A stretch of 64,000 nucleotides of DNA from the human T2T-CHM13v2.0 reference genome, Homo sapiens (GCF_009914755.1 NC_060932.1), one strand, 5' to 3'; positions 17,737 to 37,953 are shown, counted from the stretch's first letter. Notes: generated by a model from the letters alone, not told the origin. Program-made: numbers and translations.

Positions 17737-18480
17737 AAACCACAATGAGATACCAGCTCACACCAGTTAGAATGGTGATCATTAAAAAGTCAAGAAACAA
17801 CAGATGCTGGAGAGGAGGTGGAGAAATAGGCACAATTTTACACAGTTAGGAGTGTAAATTAGTTCAACCATTGTGGAAGACAGTGTGGCGATTCCTCAAG
17901 GATCTAGAACCAGAAATACCATTTGACCCAGCAATCCCATTATTGTGTATATACCCAAGGGATTATAAATCATTCTACTATAAAAACACATGCACACACA
18001 TGTTCACTGCAGCACTATTTGCAATAACAAAGACTTGGAACCAACCCAAATGCCCATCAATGATAGACTGGATAAAGAAAATGTGGCACATATATACCAT
18101 AGAAATACTATGCAGCCATAAAAAGGATGAGTTCATGTCATTTGCAGGGACATGGATGAAGCTGGAAGCCATCATTCTCAGCAAACTAACACAGGAACAG
18201 AAAACCAAACACTGCATGTTCTCACTCATAAGTGGGAGTTGAACAATGAGAACACATGGACACAGAGAGGGGAACACCATACACCAGGGCCTTTCGGGGA
18301 GTGGGGGGCATGAGGAGGGATAGCATTAGGAGAAATACCTAACGTAGATGACAGGTTGATGGGTGCAGCAAACCACCATGGCACATATATACCTATGTAA
18401 CAAACCTGCACATTCTGCACATGTATCCCAGAACTTAAAATATAATTTTAAAAGTAAACAAAATTAAATAAAAAAAAAAA
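17737..18480 (+). mobile_element. 5'-truncated L1PA element
   Basis: ORF2 C-terminus (ORF 17871..18242), L1PA 3' UTR, A-tail, TSD-like A-rich+GTTCTA at 17721-17736 and 18471-18486. Confidence 0.92.
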
Positions 18481-18512
18481 GTTCTATCTCTCACCCATTC
18501 TGAATTTCACTA

Positions 18513-18867
<355 letters not shown>

Positions 18868-19011
18868 TCAGTCTCAAAAAAAAAAAAAGAAACTGAATGA
18901 CTAGGCCAGGCGTGGTAGCTCACGCCTGTAATCCCAACACTTTGGGAGGCTGAGGCGAGGGGCTCATGAGGTCAAGAGATAGAGACCATTGTGGCTAACA
19001 TGGTGAAATCA

Positions 19012-19220
<209 letters not shown>

Positions 19221-19849
19221 CTAAAGAAAGGCAACAAATACTTTCCCTTATTAGGTGGTTTTCAATTCTCTGCTTTCAATAAAATTGAAAGGAGACCTAA
19301 TAAAGCTAAAAGAACATTAAAAATCATTTTTGGCAAGTGACTTTTGATGTATAACAAAAAAAAACTGGGTGGCACTGCTAAGCATAACTCCTTTTATTAC
19401 TGTCTACTTATTTATATGAACAATACTTACATTTATAAAAACAATGCAACCGATACACAAAAACACAGTCTTGATTTTTTGTTTGTTTGTTTTGCTTTAG
19501 GAGCTTTTAATGCTTAGACTGAAAAAGATCACAGGGTAGATTTTTCATGGTCATTGATCCATCTCTGACAAGGCAAGAATTTTCCCTTCACTCTGGTCAC
19601 AGGTAGAAGTCCAGACTCTCCCCTAGCAATGTCTTCAGAATGGAGGGGCTCCCTTTGCAGTGCAGTGCCTCCCCAACCCAGAGGCAAGAAAGCAAGAGTA
19701 TGTAATAAGCACCCATGTGCCAGGCCCATGCAAGGCATTTTCAAGAGAACACTGTCTTTAGCAATAACTATGATACATCCACAGACACATGAACTAATTG
19801 GGTGGGTAAGGGAACTTCAACCATGTGAGATCTCCTAAAATCTTACTTT

Positions 19850-19897
19850 TCTTGCTCACAAAATTGGAACGATACAAAGATTAGCGAAACAATTTTT
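19850..19897 (+). pseudogene. Short U6 snRNA-derived insertion
   Basis: AAAATTGGAACGATACA-AAGATTAGC (19860-19885) matches the U6 core; flanked by 14-bp direct repeat TAAAATCTTACTTT. Confidence 0.7.
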
Positions 19898-20659
19898 TAA
19901 AATCTTACTTTCTAAGTTTTATCATTTCAAATCCAAGTAGATAATATGTTCTTGTTTTGATTGACAGAGCATTAATTCTAACAACTCTACCCACAAACAT
20001 TTTATTTCTTGGCGCTCAGAAGCCCACTAAGGCTCAGACATTTTTCTTAAACTGATTTCATGTCCCATTCAAGTGTTGTCTACAACCTGCATAACCAGTA
20101 CTTTGTACAACTTGTTTATATTTTAATTGTATATAAACGTTTTTAAAGAAATATGTAATATTTTTATTTAGGTACCTCCAAACTTGAATTCACCTGTGTA
20201 AAACATTTTAAAAGGATACAATTCTCTTTTGAGTACCATTACAGCTATACAGGTTTCCACTGGTTCTATTTTTCTACTGTTATTGATGAGCATGCTAACA
20301 CTGACTGTCTTACATATAGTAGACATTTCAAATAAATGGCTTGTATAGAAAAAAATTTCACATCACCATAAAATGCAGTGGGTTAAGTGGACTGAAAATG
20401 CAAATTAAAAGAGAGAAAAAAAAGAATCAAGGTAAACTTTGCTAAGAGTTTGCTCATGTTATTATTTTTAAATGTTTCAAAACATATCAACTGGTTTTTA
20501 GACTGCAGTGGATACAGGTAAAGTCTGACATAATAGTTTTATTCTTTTTAATGTCAACATCAAAAGATGACAGAAATTACATCCTTTGAAAGAAATAAAT
20601 GAGGGGGAAGTTGAGATGATAACTTAAAACTGTATGAGAGAATAAAGAACTAAAAAACA

Positions 20660-21800
20660 ATTTAGGAACTCTTAGGAGAAAACAGCATTGGATTTGGCAA
20701 TGATTTCTTGGATGACACCAAAAGCACAGACAACAAAATAAAAATATGTAAGTTAGACCTCATCAAAATGAGTACCTTTTATGCATAAAGAACACTATCA
20801 ACAGAGTGAAAAGGCAACCTACAGAATACGAAAAAAATCTGCAAATCATATACTGATAAGGTATATAAGGTTTTATATATACATACACACACACACATAT
20901 ATACACGCATACATATATATATCTCCAGAATATTTAAAGAACTCCTTTGCAAAACAAGCAAACCAATTAAAAAATAAGCAAAAGATGTGAATAGAGATTT
21001 CTCCAAAGATAGACAAATAGCCAATAAACACATGAAAAGATGCTCAACATCACTAGTCATTAGAGAAACGCAAATCAAAACCACAGAGATAACACTTCAC
21101 ACACATTAGGATGGCTACTCACAAAAAAAAAAAAAAAGGAGAAAATAGCAATTGTTGGTGAGGATGTAGAGAAACTGGAATCCTTGTGTGTTGCTGGTGG
21201 TAACATAAAATAGTAAGGCAATTCCTCAAAAAGTTAAACACAAAATTTCTATATGATCCAGCAATTCCACTTTTGGGTATACACTCAAAGAAGCGAATGC
21301 AGGGACTTGCACAAATATTTGTACTCATGTTCACAGCAGCATTATTCAATTCCCAAAAGGGGAAGCAACCCAAGTGTCCACTGACAGATGAACGGACAAA
21401 CAAAACATGGTACATACAATGGAATATTATTCCTTCTTGTTTAAAAAAGGAAATTTTAACACATGCTACAATATGGATGAACTCTGAAGATATGCTAAGT
21501 GAAATAAGCAAGTCATAAAAGACAAATATGATTAGTCTAGGAATATGAGATTCAGAGAACAGTCACATTCAGAGACAGAAAGTAGAACAGTGGTTGCCAG
21601 GGACTAGGAGGAGAGAGGAACTGGGAGTAAGTGTTTAATGGGTACAGAGTTTCAATTCTGGAAGATGAAAAAGTTCTGGAGATGAATGGTGATGATGGTT
21701 GCAGAACAATGTGAATGTACTTAATGAACTGTAAGCTTAAAAACGGTTAAAACGGTCAATTTTATGTTATGTATATTTTGGTACATTAAAAAAGAAAATA
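20660..21800 (+). mobile_element. Old L1M (L1MB-like) 3' fragment
   Basis: Degenerate ORF2 end and L1MB-type 3' UTR (GGGTACAGAGTTTCA...GATGAAAAAGTTCTGGAGAT). Confidence 0.8.
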
Positions 21801-23255
21801 AATGCTACCATATTCCTGAGGATAAAAAAAGATTTTGTTTCCTTACAAAACAAGAAAAGGGGTGGATGGGGACAATACTAGGAAAAAACATTTCCTAAGA
21901 AACTTGGAAGACAATCTTATAAGTGGTATAAGAGAATCTTTGATGTGCATAGTGAACGGCTTGTCATTCTCTCCAAATAAGTACTAGGCAGCAAGAAAGA
22001 CTCAACAATGTGGGCAAAAAAAAAAAAAAATTATGTGGGAGTCCTCTATATAGAGTATACACTAAAAAATTTTTAAATGCATCTTTCAAAAACAGTTCTA
22101 ACAAAAGCAATATAAAAATAAAGGCAATACATGCCCATTATTACTGGAAAAATGAAAATGTCACCCTTAATTTCAGCCACTCACAGACAACCTCTTTTAA
22201 TCTCTTGGTGCAAAAACCATTTTTTTCCTATGCAAACATATTTACATGATTTTAAAACTGAGATAATACTATATGTTTTATAAGTTTTTTCTAGTAATAT
22301 CAATATTTTTTCATGTCATTAAATATTACTCTAAAAATTTAATGAATGAATAGTATTTCAGCCATTACATGAATCTATTTAACAAATTGCTGAATGTATT
22401 ATATTTAGGTTGCCTGCAATTTTTTCTGATGTTATAAATATCTCTAGATGAATTATCTTGTGTATATCTTCTTTCCTAAGGAAGACTAGCACAGGTATTA
22501 AACCGAAGTCATCTAATTCCCAAGAGGTAAGTTCAACACTGTTAACAGTAATTAACATTGGATGACAGAGATGGGGACTTTCACTTTCTATTTTTCACAT
22601 TTTCACATGTATTACCAGAAAAAAATTCCTAAAAACTAAAAAACAAAGAGAAAACAAACTTAGTCTGAAATTTTAACCTAGAGATGTAATATTCTCATTT
22701 ATTCTTTGGCTAAAATCTACTTAAATATTGAGAGCACTTATAGTTCTTTAAAAGTGAAGTTTTAAGAGAGGAAATGTTAGTATTTTGTTAAATTTTAAGT
22801 TTCTCACAACCTTGCAGAATCAGTAAGTTAACATAGAGAAAAAGCAGCAATAAAATAACAAAAAAGTTTTCCTAAAGTATACACAGTTGCATAATAAAAA
22901 TATTCTATGTTATTTTTCACAGAAGACCAAGCTTATTCAAGCTTTAAATTCATTTTTTAAAAAGCATGTTTGGGGGGGAGGTCAGTTGTTTGAGTCAATT
23001 CAAATATCAACAAATGAGGTTGAAATAGGATGTACTCAACACAAATTTAGGGCTCCCTGAAAACTTAAACAACAGTATATTCTAATACATGATATACATG
23101 TTATATCACTATAGTTGTGATATCCTTCCTTAGTTTTGTCTTTAAACATGAGTTTAAACCACTTCACCATCTACTCGGTAAACTCCAACTTAGTTTCTAC
23201 CTCCACAGCTCTTTCAGTACATTCACAACTGTCTCCCAATAGCTACATCCAATAG

Positions 23256-23543
<288 letters not shown>

Positions 23544-23769
23544 TGAGTGTAGCAGCACGATCTCAGCTCACTGCAACCTCTGCCTCCTGGGTTCAAGCGA
23601 TTCTCTCTCTCAGCCTCCTGAGTAGCTGGGACTAGAGGCAGGCACCACCACACCTAGCTGGTTTTTGTAGAGACAGGGTTTCACCACATTGCCCAGGCTG
23701 GTCTTGAACTCCTCGGCTCAAGTTATCCACCTGCCTCGGCCTCCTAAACTGCTGGGATTACAGGTGTGA

Positions 23770-23946
<177 letters not shown>

Positions 23947-24580
23947 TAAAATGCTTCGGTCCCTTGGTTTACTTAATACTCTTAGTTCCATGATTCAACT
24001 TCTCACCTTTAAAATACAGGCATTGCTTCAGACCTCCTTAATTCTTTTTGTGCTTTGCTGTTTTCTTCTCTCTCTTTTTTTTTTTTGACACAGAGTCTCG
24101 CCCTGTCGCCCACGCTGAAGTGCAGTGGCGCGATCTTGGCTCACTGCAAGCTCCGCCTCCTGGGTTCACGCCATTCTCCTGCCACGGCCTCTAAAGTAGC
24201 TGGGATTACAGGAGCCTGCTACCACGCCCGGCTAATTTTTTTTTTTTTTTTTGTATTTTTAGTAGAAATGTGGTTTCACCGTGTTAGCCAGGATGGTCTC
24301 GATCTCCTGACCTCCTGATCCGCCCGCCTTGGCCTCCCAAAGTGCTGGGATTACAGGTGTGAGCCACCGTGCCCGGCCTGTGCTTTGCTGTTTTCTATTC
24401 ATCCTCAAGGACAAGCAGTCCCAACCTCTTAGCAATTCTGGCATAAAACTCCCAATGGTCGGCCGGGCGTGGTGGCTCACATCTGTAATCCCAGCACTTT
24501 GGGAGGCCAAGGCGGGCGGATCACGAAGTCGGGAGATTGAGACCATCCTGGCTATCACGGTGAAAACCCAGTCTCTACTA

Positions 24581-24820
<240 letters not shown>

Positions 24821-24980
24821 TCAAACAACTCTCAGATCCTGTGCTGTATTATTGGACATTTTTCTCCATTCCTACTAATACCACCTTAACTTAAACTCTA
24901 AGGATCTAGGAATCTAGAATACTTAGTATATGGATACTAGATACTAAGAATCTAGTAATGAGGATAATAATAGTTTATAA

Positions 24981-25295
<315 letters not shown>

Positions 25296-25971
25296 TAGGC
25301 TGGTCTTGAACTTCTGATCTCCGGTGATATGCCTGCCTCGGCCTCCCAAACAAAGTGCTAGGATTACAGGCATGAGCCACTGCACCCAGACTACCATTAT
25401 AATCTTTTAACTGGTCTTCTTAGCTCTAGGTTTTTGTTAACTATAATCCATCCGAAACACTGTCTCATCAGATCCCTGTTCTAGCTCTTCACTGTCTCCC
25501 ACATAAAGCTGTAACCTCTAAACCTAAAATCAAGGGCCCTTTCTTGCTTATGACTGAATACAGAACTGCCATGTCACCCAATTCCAGGGAACACCATTCA
25601 CTGCCACACCCAGAAGCTCCCTATCTATGCTTTGTGATACTTCATTAAGCTATATACTTTTCATGTTTCTGTACTGTGTTATGCTTTAAGTTTTTAAAAT
25701 CTCCTGTATGTTACACATATTGGTGTTGAGTTTTGAGTATCTTTCCAGACTTTCAAATAAACATACAATTTTTAAAATAGTACCTTCTACATACTGCAGA
25801 ATGTTCTATTTTACCTAACACACAGAAAAGTAAAAATGTAGGTAAACAACCCAAAAGTAGGCCAGGCGCAGTGGCTCACGCCTGTAATCCCAGACTTTGG
25901 GAGGCCAAGGCAGGTGGATCACCTGAGGTCAGGAGTTTGATACCCCGTCTCTACTAAAAATACAAAAATTA

Positions 25972-26127
<156 letters not shown>

Positions 26128-28126
26128 TCAAAAGAAAAAAAAAACCCAAAAGTAATGTACGATCATCATCAATTTAAAAAAAACACCCTACTATCCATCC
26201 TTAAGTGACTCTTCAACATGAGAAACAACCCTAAATTTACAGAAACCAAAGAACCTCAGACCTTAGAAAACAAAGAAAGTACAGAAATAGACAATGGCTA
26301 CTCTGATTCTGGAAGAAAAAGAAACTACAGAAAAGATATCCATAGTCATAAAGTTGGTAGGATGAAAATAGAAGTTTTAAAAAAACAACAAAAAACAAAC
26401 TTAGACCACCACCACCACAATATTCAGGGAACCCATACAAGTCAGGAAAAAACAAAAACACAAATCTATAAGCCCAGCTGAATGAGAACATATTCAAAAT
26501 ATAAAAATACAATGTAGTTAATAAATAGGTGACTAAAAGTAACTTCAGAACTTGAAGATAAGATCAGCCTGATCAGAGGTAATGAGAAGTTTTGAAAAAA
26601 AAAAAAAAAAAAAAAAAAAGGTCAGCCTGAGATTAGACTAGGAAAAATTCAAGTTAATGAATTAAATGAATAAATGTAACCACCCATAAAAGCAGCCTAG
26701 CCTAAGAAATGCTCTGTCAATAAATATGTGGCTGAGGAAACTAAGAAATATCCAAATATAATCAGGGTGATCAGGGAGTGAAGTCTCTGAAATGCATGAT
26801 TGATGTAAAACAGCAAGGTGTAATCCAACCAAATGTATTGAATGTAAAGCCCCCAAATCAGAAAATATTCCAATTACAGAGGCATGTTTCATTTTTGGTA
26901 CTGATGGGCTTGTCAGTATGAATACATTACCCCTAAAGACCACCGATTTATTTTAATCCAATCCCATGCTCATTATGTAACACTGTGATTATAATTTGGT
27001 CTACACAGACACCTTGATGTATAAAAGGGAGGAGAACTTTGTCTCAAAAAGGTATAATGCCTGCTGGGAACTGTGGTGGGGGTTGAGGGGGATCCTTTCT
27101 ACCCTACAACATCCAGCAGAGTGCATTCTAATTGCTCAACCACCATATACCACAAATACGGGATTTATGGCAAATAGTCTCTGTATATTGCTGTTAGGTC
27201 TCCTCTGCTAGACTTGTATCTCTTTAGAGTAAGAACAATCAACAACAAATATTTAATATACACTTACTTCCTGCTAGGTTCTGTTCTAAGTGCTGGGATA
27301 ACATTGCCAAAAAAAAAGTCAAAATCCAAGTCCCCGTGCAGTTACATTCTGATTGGGGAAGAGAGAAAAATACTTAAAAATAGAAAAGTACAGAAAATGT
27401 TGGAAGGTGACAAGTGCTAGGAGAGGCATGTCAGGAGAGTGGTTTGTAATTTTAAATATGGTGCTTATGGTAAACATCATTGCAAAGGTGAAATTTTAGC
27501 AAAGACTTGAGGTAGACAGACTCCTAAATTTGAATCATAGTCACACAGCTTACTATAAGGTGAATTTGGGCAATTTATTTAAGTCTCTGTGCATCAGTTT
27601 TCTCATAAAAAAAAAATCTTACCTACCTCATAAGGTTGTAAGGACTGAGTTATTTATTTGTACAATTTCTGGACCACACTAAAGTACTATAATTCCTGAG
27701 GTTTTGTTTTTTAGTTTAAAATAATGTAAAAAAAAAAAAAAGTTAAAAGAATGGGTCATGCAGATATCAAGGGGAAGAGTATTTCCAGCAGAGGTATACC
27801 AAATGGAAAGGCCCTGGTATTAAAGAAGCAGCTATGCCAGTGTGGCTGGAATAGAGTGCGTTTTGTAAAGGGGTAGAAAAAGATGTCATTATAAAGGATG
27901 CAGGGATGCTTAGGGCTGCTTCCAAACTTACAGACTTTTACTTAGATAGGGAGTCTCAAGAGGGTTTTAAGTGATCAACTGTTTTGACTTTTTAAAAGAT
28001 TCACTGCATTTGCTGGGCGCGGTGGCTCACGCCTCTAATCCCAGCACTTTGGGAGGCCGAGGAGGGCGGATCATGAAGTCAGGAGATCGAGACCACCCTG
28101 GCCAACACGGTGAAACCTTGTCTCTA

Positions 28127-28312
<186 letters not shown>

Positions 28313-28323
28313 TCACTGCATTA

Positions 28324-28509
<186 letters not shown>

Positions 28510-28747
28510 TTAGAAGGCTGAGGTGGAGAATCACTTGATCCTGGGAGGTTGAGGCTGCAGTGAGCCACGTTGGTGCCACTGCACTCTAACCTGGGTGACA
28601 GAGCAAGACTCTGTCTCAAAAATAAATAAATGCATAAATAAAGAGAACTGACTGTTGAGGGAAGGTGGGGCATAATATATATATCAAACAGTGGAAAACG
28701 GGAAGGAGGCCAATCAAGAATCTATTATAATCCAGGAAAGATGGTCA

Positions 28748-29059
<312 letters not shown>

Positions 29060-29448
29060 TTATGGCTTGAACCAGCATGGCAACACTGGAGGACATATAA
29101 AGTGGTCAGACTTGGAATATATTTTGAAAGTGGAGCCAACAGAATTTGCTAATGCACTGGATGTGAGGAGTCAACAACAACCTAAGGTTTTTTTTCCTGA
29201 GGAACTGAAAAAAAAAAACGGAGTGGCCATTAACTAAAACTGACGATGGTCTTAATAGCTGACAATGACTGAATCCTAACCATATGCTAACTGTTCAATT
29301 AATCTCCTTACATACATGATCACATTTAATCCTCACTACCAATGTGGTGGGTATCATCCCATTTAACAAGTGTAGAAACCTGATGATTATTGGTAAACCT
29401 GAGAAGCTGAAACTGAAATTCATAATTAACAGTTTTCTTAAGAGTCTA

Positions 29449-29768
<320 letters not shown>

Positions 29769-30899
29769 TTAACCAGTATTCAATATATCAGTACGTATCA
29801 TTATGTTCACAGGATCTAGTGTTACCCTGGACATAAATAATCAATCAGTATTGAAACACATTTTCTGAACACAGGTTAAGTCAAGTAACCAATTCCAGTG
29901 CAGAAGTGTTTGGCCTCTCCAGGTCTCTGCCAATTCCTGGCAGATGACTGAGAAACAAATCTTTAAAGTCAGGAAATTACTTGTCTTTTCAATTCAGAAT
30001 CACAATTTCAGAGACTGAAGGGAGTGTAGTTTTTAACCCATTCCCCTCAGTAGAGTAGCAACCAGAATGGGATGCCCACAAAAGATACTGGCAACTAATT
30101 TTATATAGTTATCTAAATACAAGATCTTAATAGAAGACTTAATACAAGACCCTGAAATCGTCTGCTGAACTGAAGAGGATTACATTGTCACTTCCACCAC
30201 ACATTTCCCCTGAGCCTCTCATTCTCATTCCCAAGTTCCCAACCTTCTCTCAGGTCCTATTTTTCCTACTCCATGCCTACCCTCACTCACTCCAACACCT
30301 TCAGTCCAGCTATATATTACTTGCTGCCTTAACTAAATTTACTAGCGAGCTTCCCCGACTTCTTCAACCTTCTGTGAATGCTGAAACCCCTCCACCTAGG
30401 CCTCTTTCAGCAGCTGGGGTGGGGAGGTGGATGGGAGGGGAGTAACTGCTCAGCTTTAACTCTGCCCTGCAAAAACCGTCACTGCACTTCAGACCTAGAA
30501 GCAGCACTTCTTTCAAGAGGACCCTCCTTCCTTCCAAACTTCCCCTATAGACACTGCTTGTAACTGCAGCATGACGGCATAGAAAGGGAACGATTTAGGA
30601 GGCAGGCAATCTGAGTTCCAATTTTAGATCTACCCCTTACTGTTTACCTTTTTGAATCCGTTTCTTCATCTGTCAAAGAGATAGCACAACTACGCATTCT
30701 CAAAGGGTTATGACGAGGCTTGGAAGCGGGGGGCGTACATGAAATGTTGGTCTTCATCCCTCCACATTATGCAACCTGGTATTATTCACTGCGCTGTTAT
30801 TACGGAACTCCTCTGGATCGTTAATGGAGGTCAGAGAACCTGAATTACAACCTGTCTGTCCCTGTGCCCCCTCCCCCCCAACGTTTATGGCGCAGACAG

Positions 30900-31980
30900 A
30901 AAGCAGTCAGGGGATGCGTGTTGCCTCCAGGTTGATGCGAACCTAGGGCAGGAGCCTGGGCGATCGATCGGCCAGGGAGTGGGGGGTCGTGCGGGCGGCC
31001 GAACAGCCGCGGCTTGGCCCCAGACCGCACTCCGCTGTGGCGGGCTTCGATTTCCTCTTGCGTAAAAGTAGGTGGTGACCAAATGCTTAGTCCTCTCCCG
31101 GCCAGCCTCAGCTCAGCGATCCGACCCGCACCTCCGATCCCGAGAGCTTCCATTTTACTCGTCCTCGACCACACTTCTCCCCCGACAACTGTCACCCTGA
31201 CCGGCGCCGCCCACCCCCAGGCCCCTCCGAGCGCCGGGCTGCCGGCAGTCCCCCCGGGAACCGCCCTGGGAGCCCGCCTCAGGCCCGTACTCACGCCCGC
31301 TTTGGCTGTGGTCGCCGCGGGTTTCTTCTGCGCCGCGCCGGCCGAGCGGAGCCGCCTCCGGCCGATGTGCTCCAGACTGAGGAAGTCACTGGACAGGTCC
31401 AAGGAGCCCGTGGCCGAGGCCGCGGAGTGGTTGTGCAGCTCCAAGCTGCTGCGGAGAACCACCATCTTCTCTCCCTACTGGCCTCGGCGTGCGCGACCGG
31501 AGAGAGATCCAGCTCCAGGCGCTCGCAGCTCTGGCTCTTCCGCGCTCCGAATTCTGGCGCCACAAGCTCCGCGCCAGCGGCCGCAGCGCGCGCGCCCAGA
31601 ATCCCTCCGCCGTCTGTCCCGCCCACGCCACCACCATAGAACAGCAGGCTCGAAACTCTCCTCCCATTTGTAGAGCGAAGGAGGCCGGGCCAACGTGGAG
31701 AGGAACACAGGCCGACAGTATAGAGGACCTGAGCGGAGAGTCCTGGGGAAAACGCTGACTTCTTTTTCTTCACATAGTTCCGGCTCGCTGAGCTCGGCGG
31801 AAGGAGACGGTGGGAGCGGTGCGTAGCCCGTTTGGAATTTTGGCGCGGGACGGCGGCGGGGGAAGGGAGGCCTCTGCGCGCTCTGATTGGCTGGTGGGGT
31901 CCGGCGTCTCCTCCCCACCCCTGTTGACACCTGCTTGCTGCTTCCCGCCATCCAGGATTCAAATGCAAAATGCCCAGTCC
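30900..31980 (-). promoter_or_regulatory. ATAD2 CpG-island promoter / 5' UTR with E2F, CCAAT and CHR-type elements
   Basis: CpG-dense. E2F-like TTTGGCGCGGGA 31839-31850 and TTCCCGCC 31942-31949; CCAAT on the minus strand (ATTGG 31886-31890); TTTGAA on the minus strand (TTCAAA 31958-31963). Confidence 0.85.
31295..31465 (-). CDS. ATAD2: ATAD2 coding exon 1 (aa 1-57, MVVLRSSLELHNHS...TTAKAG)
   Basis: ATG at 31465-31463. Translation matches the recalled human ATAD2 N-terminus. Donor GGC|GTGAGT after 31295; 171 nt, phase 0. Confidence 0.97.
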
Positions 31981-32215
31981 TTGACTGGAGGGAAATAAAG
32001 CACTTGGCCTTTGACAGGTTTTGACTTTGAGCCTTAAGAACTTTTTTTTTTTTTAAATAATTGAGGGCTTGACGAAAACAAGTTAACCACCAAAAAGAAA
32101 GAAAACACAAGGAGCTAAAAGCGAGCCAGCAGAGTGCCATCGTTTAGTTAAGGACGCGGGTTCTGTACCCATCTTTGCCATTGATCATCCCACATAGAAG
32201 ATCTCGAACAAATTA

Positions 32216-32419
<204 letters not shown>

Positions 32420-33282
32420 TCAGATAAAGAACAAATACTTTTTATACGTATCTCGGAATGTACATATAATCGGAAAGTAACTCCGATTGTAATACCTAAG
32501 GCCCTAAAGTACTATTATGATACCTTGGAGCCGTGCTTGCACATAATAAGTGCTCAATAAGCGTTCGCTATTATCACAGAATACAAGAAGATGGCTTCTC
32601 TAAGATGGCAGTTACTTGACTACTTTGAAATAGGTAACACGCTGAATGATCAGAATGTCCGAGGGCTCTTAGCGAAATAAACGAAAGCTATTTATTGATT
32701 TGGATAACTACAGTTCATTAATTTAATATTTGTTAAATACATATTGAGCCTCTATTATGTACCAGGCATTATTCTAAGCACTGGGGATGCAGCAGTGAAT
32801 AAAAAGAACAAAAATGCCCTAATGGAACTTAAACTCTAGTGGAAGGTGAAAGACAATAAACTAAATGTAAAAGTTTTAAAGTGGCAAGCATTACAGAGAA
32901 ATATAAAGTAGGGAAGGGGGAGGGAAGAGTGCAATTTAAAATAGGGTGATTAGGGAAGGTCTGGCTGAGAAGTCTGACAAAGGCCTAAAGGTTAGATGGT
33001 TCTGGAAGAAGAGAGAGGCGGGAAGCAGGAAGGGGAGAGTGGCGAGGCCAATGAGAACAGAGCCACTGGGAGCAGGTCCTACGGGACTCTGGGTCTTAGT
33101 TTGAAACTTTTGAGGGCTTTTATTATAGCCCCCAAATTCCCATCCAAACCCTGAGATGAAAAGACATCTCAGGGTTTTGAACAGAGGTTTGACTTATTCC
33201 GACTTTAAAAATAATCTGCGTGGCTGCTGAATGAAGAATGCAATGTCTGGGGACATATAAAAAGTATTTGTTGTTTATCTGA

Positions 33283-33744
<462 letters not shown>

Positions 33745-34263
33745 TAGTAGCTGGGACCACAGGTGTGTGCCATCACACCTGGCTAATTTGTTTTTAGAGA
33801 CGGGGTCTCACTCTGTTGCCCAGGCTGGTCTCAAACTCCTGGCCTCAAGCAATCCTCCCACCACAGCCTCCCAAAGCCTGGGATTACAGGTGTGAGCCAC
33901 CATGCCCAAACAATTTTTCTGATTTTTCTTGCATGAATATGCTTCACTTTTACAATAGAAAAAAACTTTAAAATAATTGTTTAACCAACATAGGTGAAAA
34001 AGAAAGGAACAATATTTAAAGTAGTACAGTTTAAAAAATTTAAAAAGTAGCAGAGTTTACTATTACTTGGTTTTAAAATACTATTTATGGCTGGGCACGG
34101 TGGCTCACGCCTGTAATCCCCCCACTTTGGGAGGCCGAGGTGGGCAGATCACGAGGTCAAGAGATTGAGACCATCTTGGTCAACATGGTGAAACCCCGTC
34201 TCTACTGAAAATACAAAAAATTAGCTGGGCGTGGTGGTGCACGCCTGTAGCCCCAGCTACTCA

Positions 34264-34428
<165 letters not shown>

Positions 34429-34676
34429 TCAGGAAATTTTAATTGAGCCCCCATCTTATTCTAAGCATAGTTAGAGGTGCAGGGAGTAAAGCAGTGAACC
34501 AGGAACCCTAGGTTCATGGAGCTTACATTCTAAGAGGTACTCAGTGGATAAACAAGGAAGTAAATAAACAAGGTAACTTCATTATAGCAAGTGGTATAAA
34601 GAAAATGAAACAGGGTCATGTGATACAGAGTGGTTGAAGGAAGAGGAGAGAAACATACAGTGGACTTGAAAGGTCA

Positions 34677-35355
<679 letters not shown>

Positions 35356-35496
35356 TCAAAAAATTGGCAGGGTTTTCCAGAGAATGGGAAGAACAAGTGC
35401 AAAGGCCCTGAGGTAGGAAGTCCAAAATAGTTGAAAATGCTTCCAGAACTTCAAAGATAGAATTCCCCAGGGAGCTTATTAAACACACTACACAAA

Positions 35497-35619
35497 GCCA
35501 GGTGTGGTGGTGCGGGCCTGTAGTACCAGCTACTTGGGAGGCTGAGGTGGGAGGATCGCTTGAGCCCAGCAGTTCCAAACCATTCGGGGGAACATAGTGA
35601 GACCCAGTCTCAAAAAAAT
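35497..35619 (+). mobile_element. Free left Alu monomer (FLAM_A-like) abutting the 5' end of the IMPDH1 retrocopy
   Basis: About 120 bp GCCAGGTGTGGTGG...AACATAGTGAGACCCAGTCTC followed by a short A run. Confidence 0.75.

Positions 35620-37953
<2,334 letters not shown>

Noticed and set aside
22008-22039. A15 run between ATGTGGG repeats
   Set aside because: A 7-bp repeat is too short to call a TSD confidently.
24895-24960. Irregular CTAG/ATACTAG reiterations
   Set aside because: Short degenerate low-complexity patch with no consistent period.
26218-26481. 87-aa A-rich ATG ORF antisense to ATAD2 intron 1
   Set aside because: Low-complexity K/N/E/T composition, probably ancient L1-derived or chance; no recognisable domain.
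30845-32140. Overlapping 200+ aa ORFs at the ATAD2 island
   Set aside because: GC-rich stop-poor sequence; only 31295-31465 matches ATAD2 and ends at a canonical donor.
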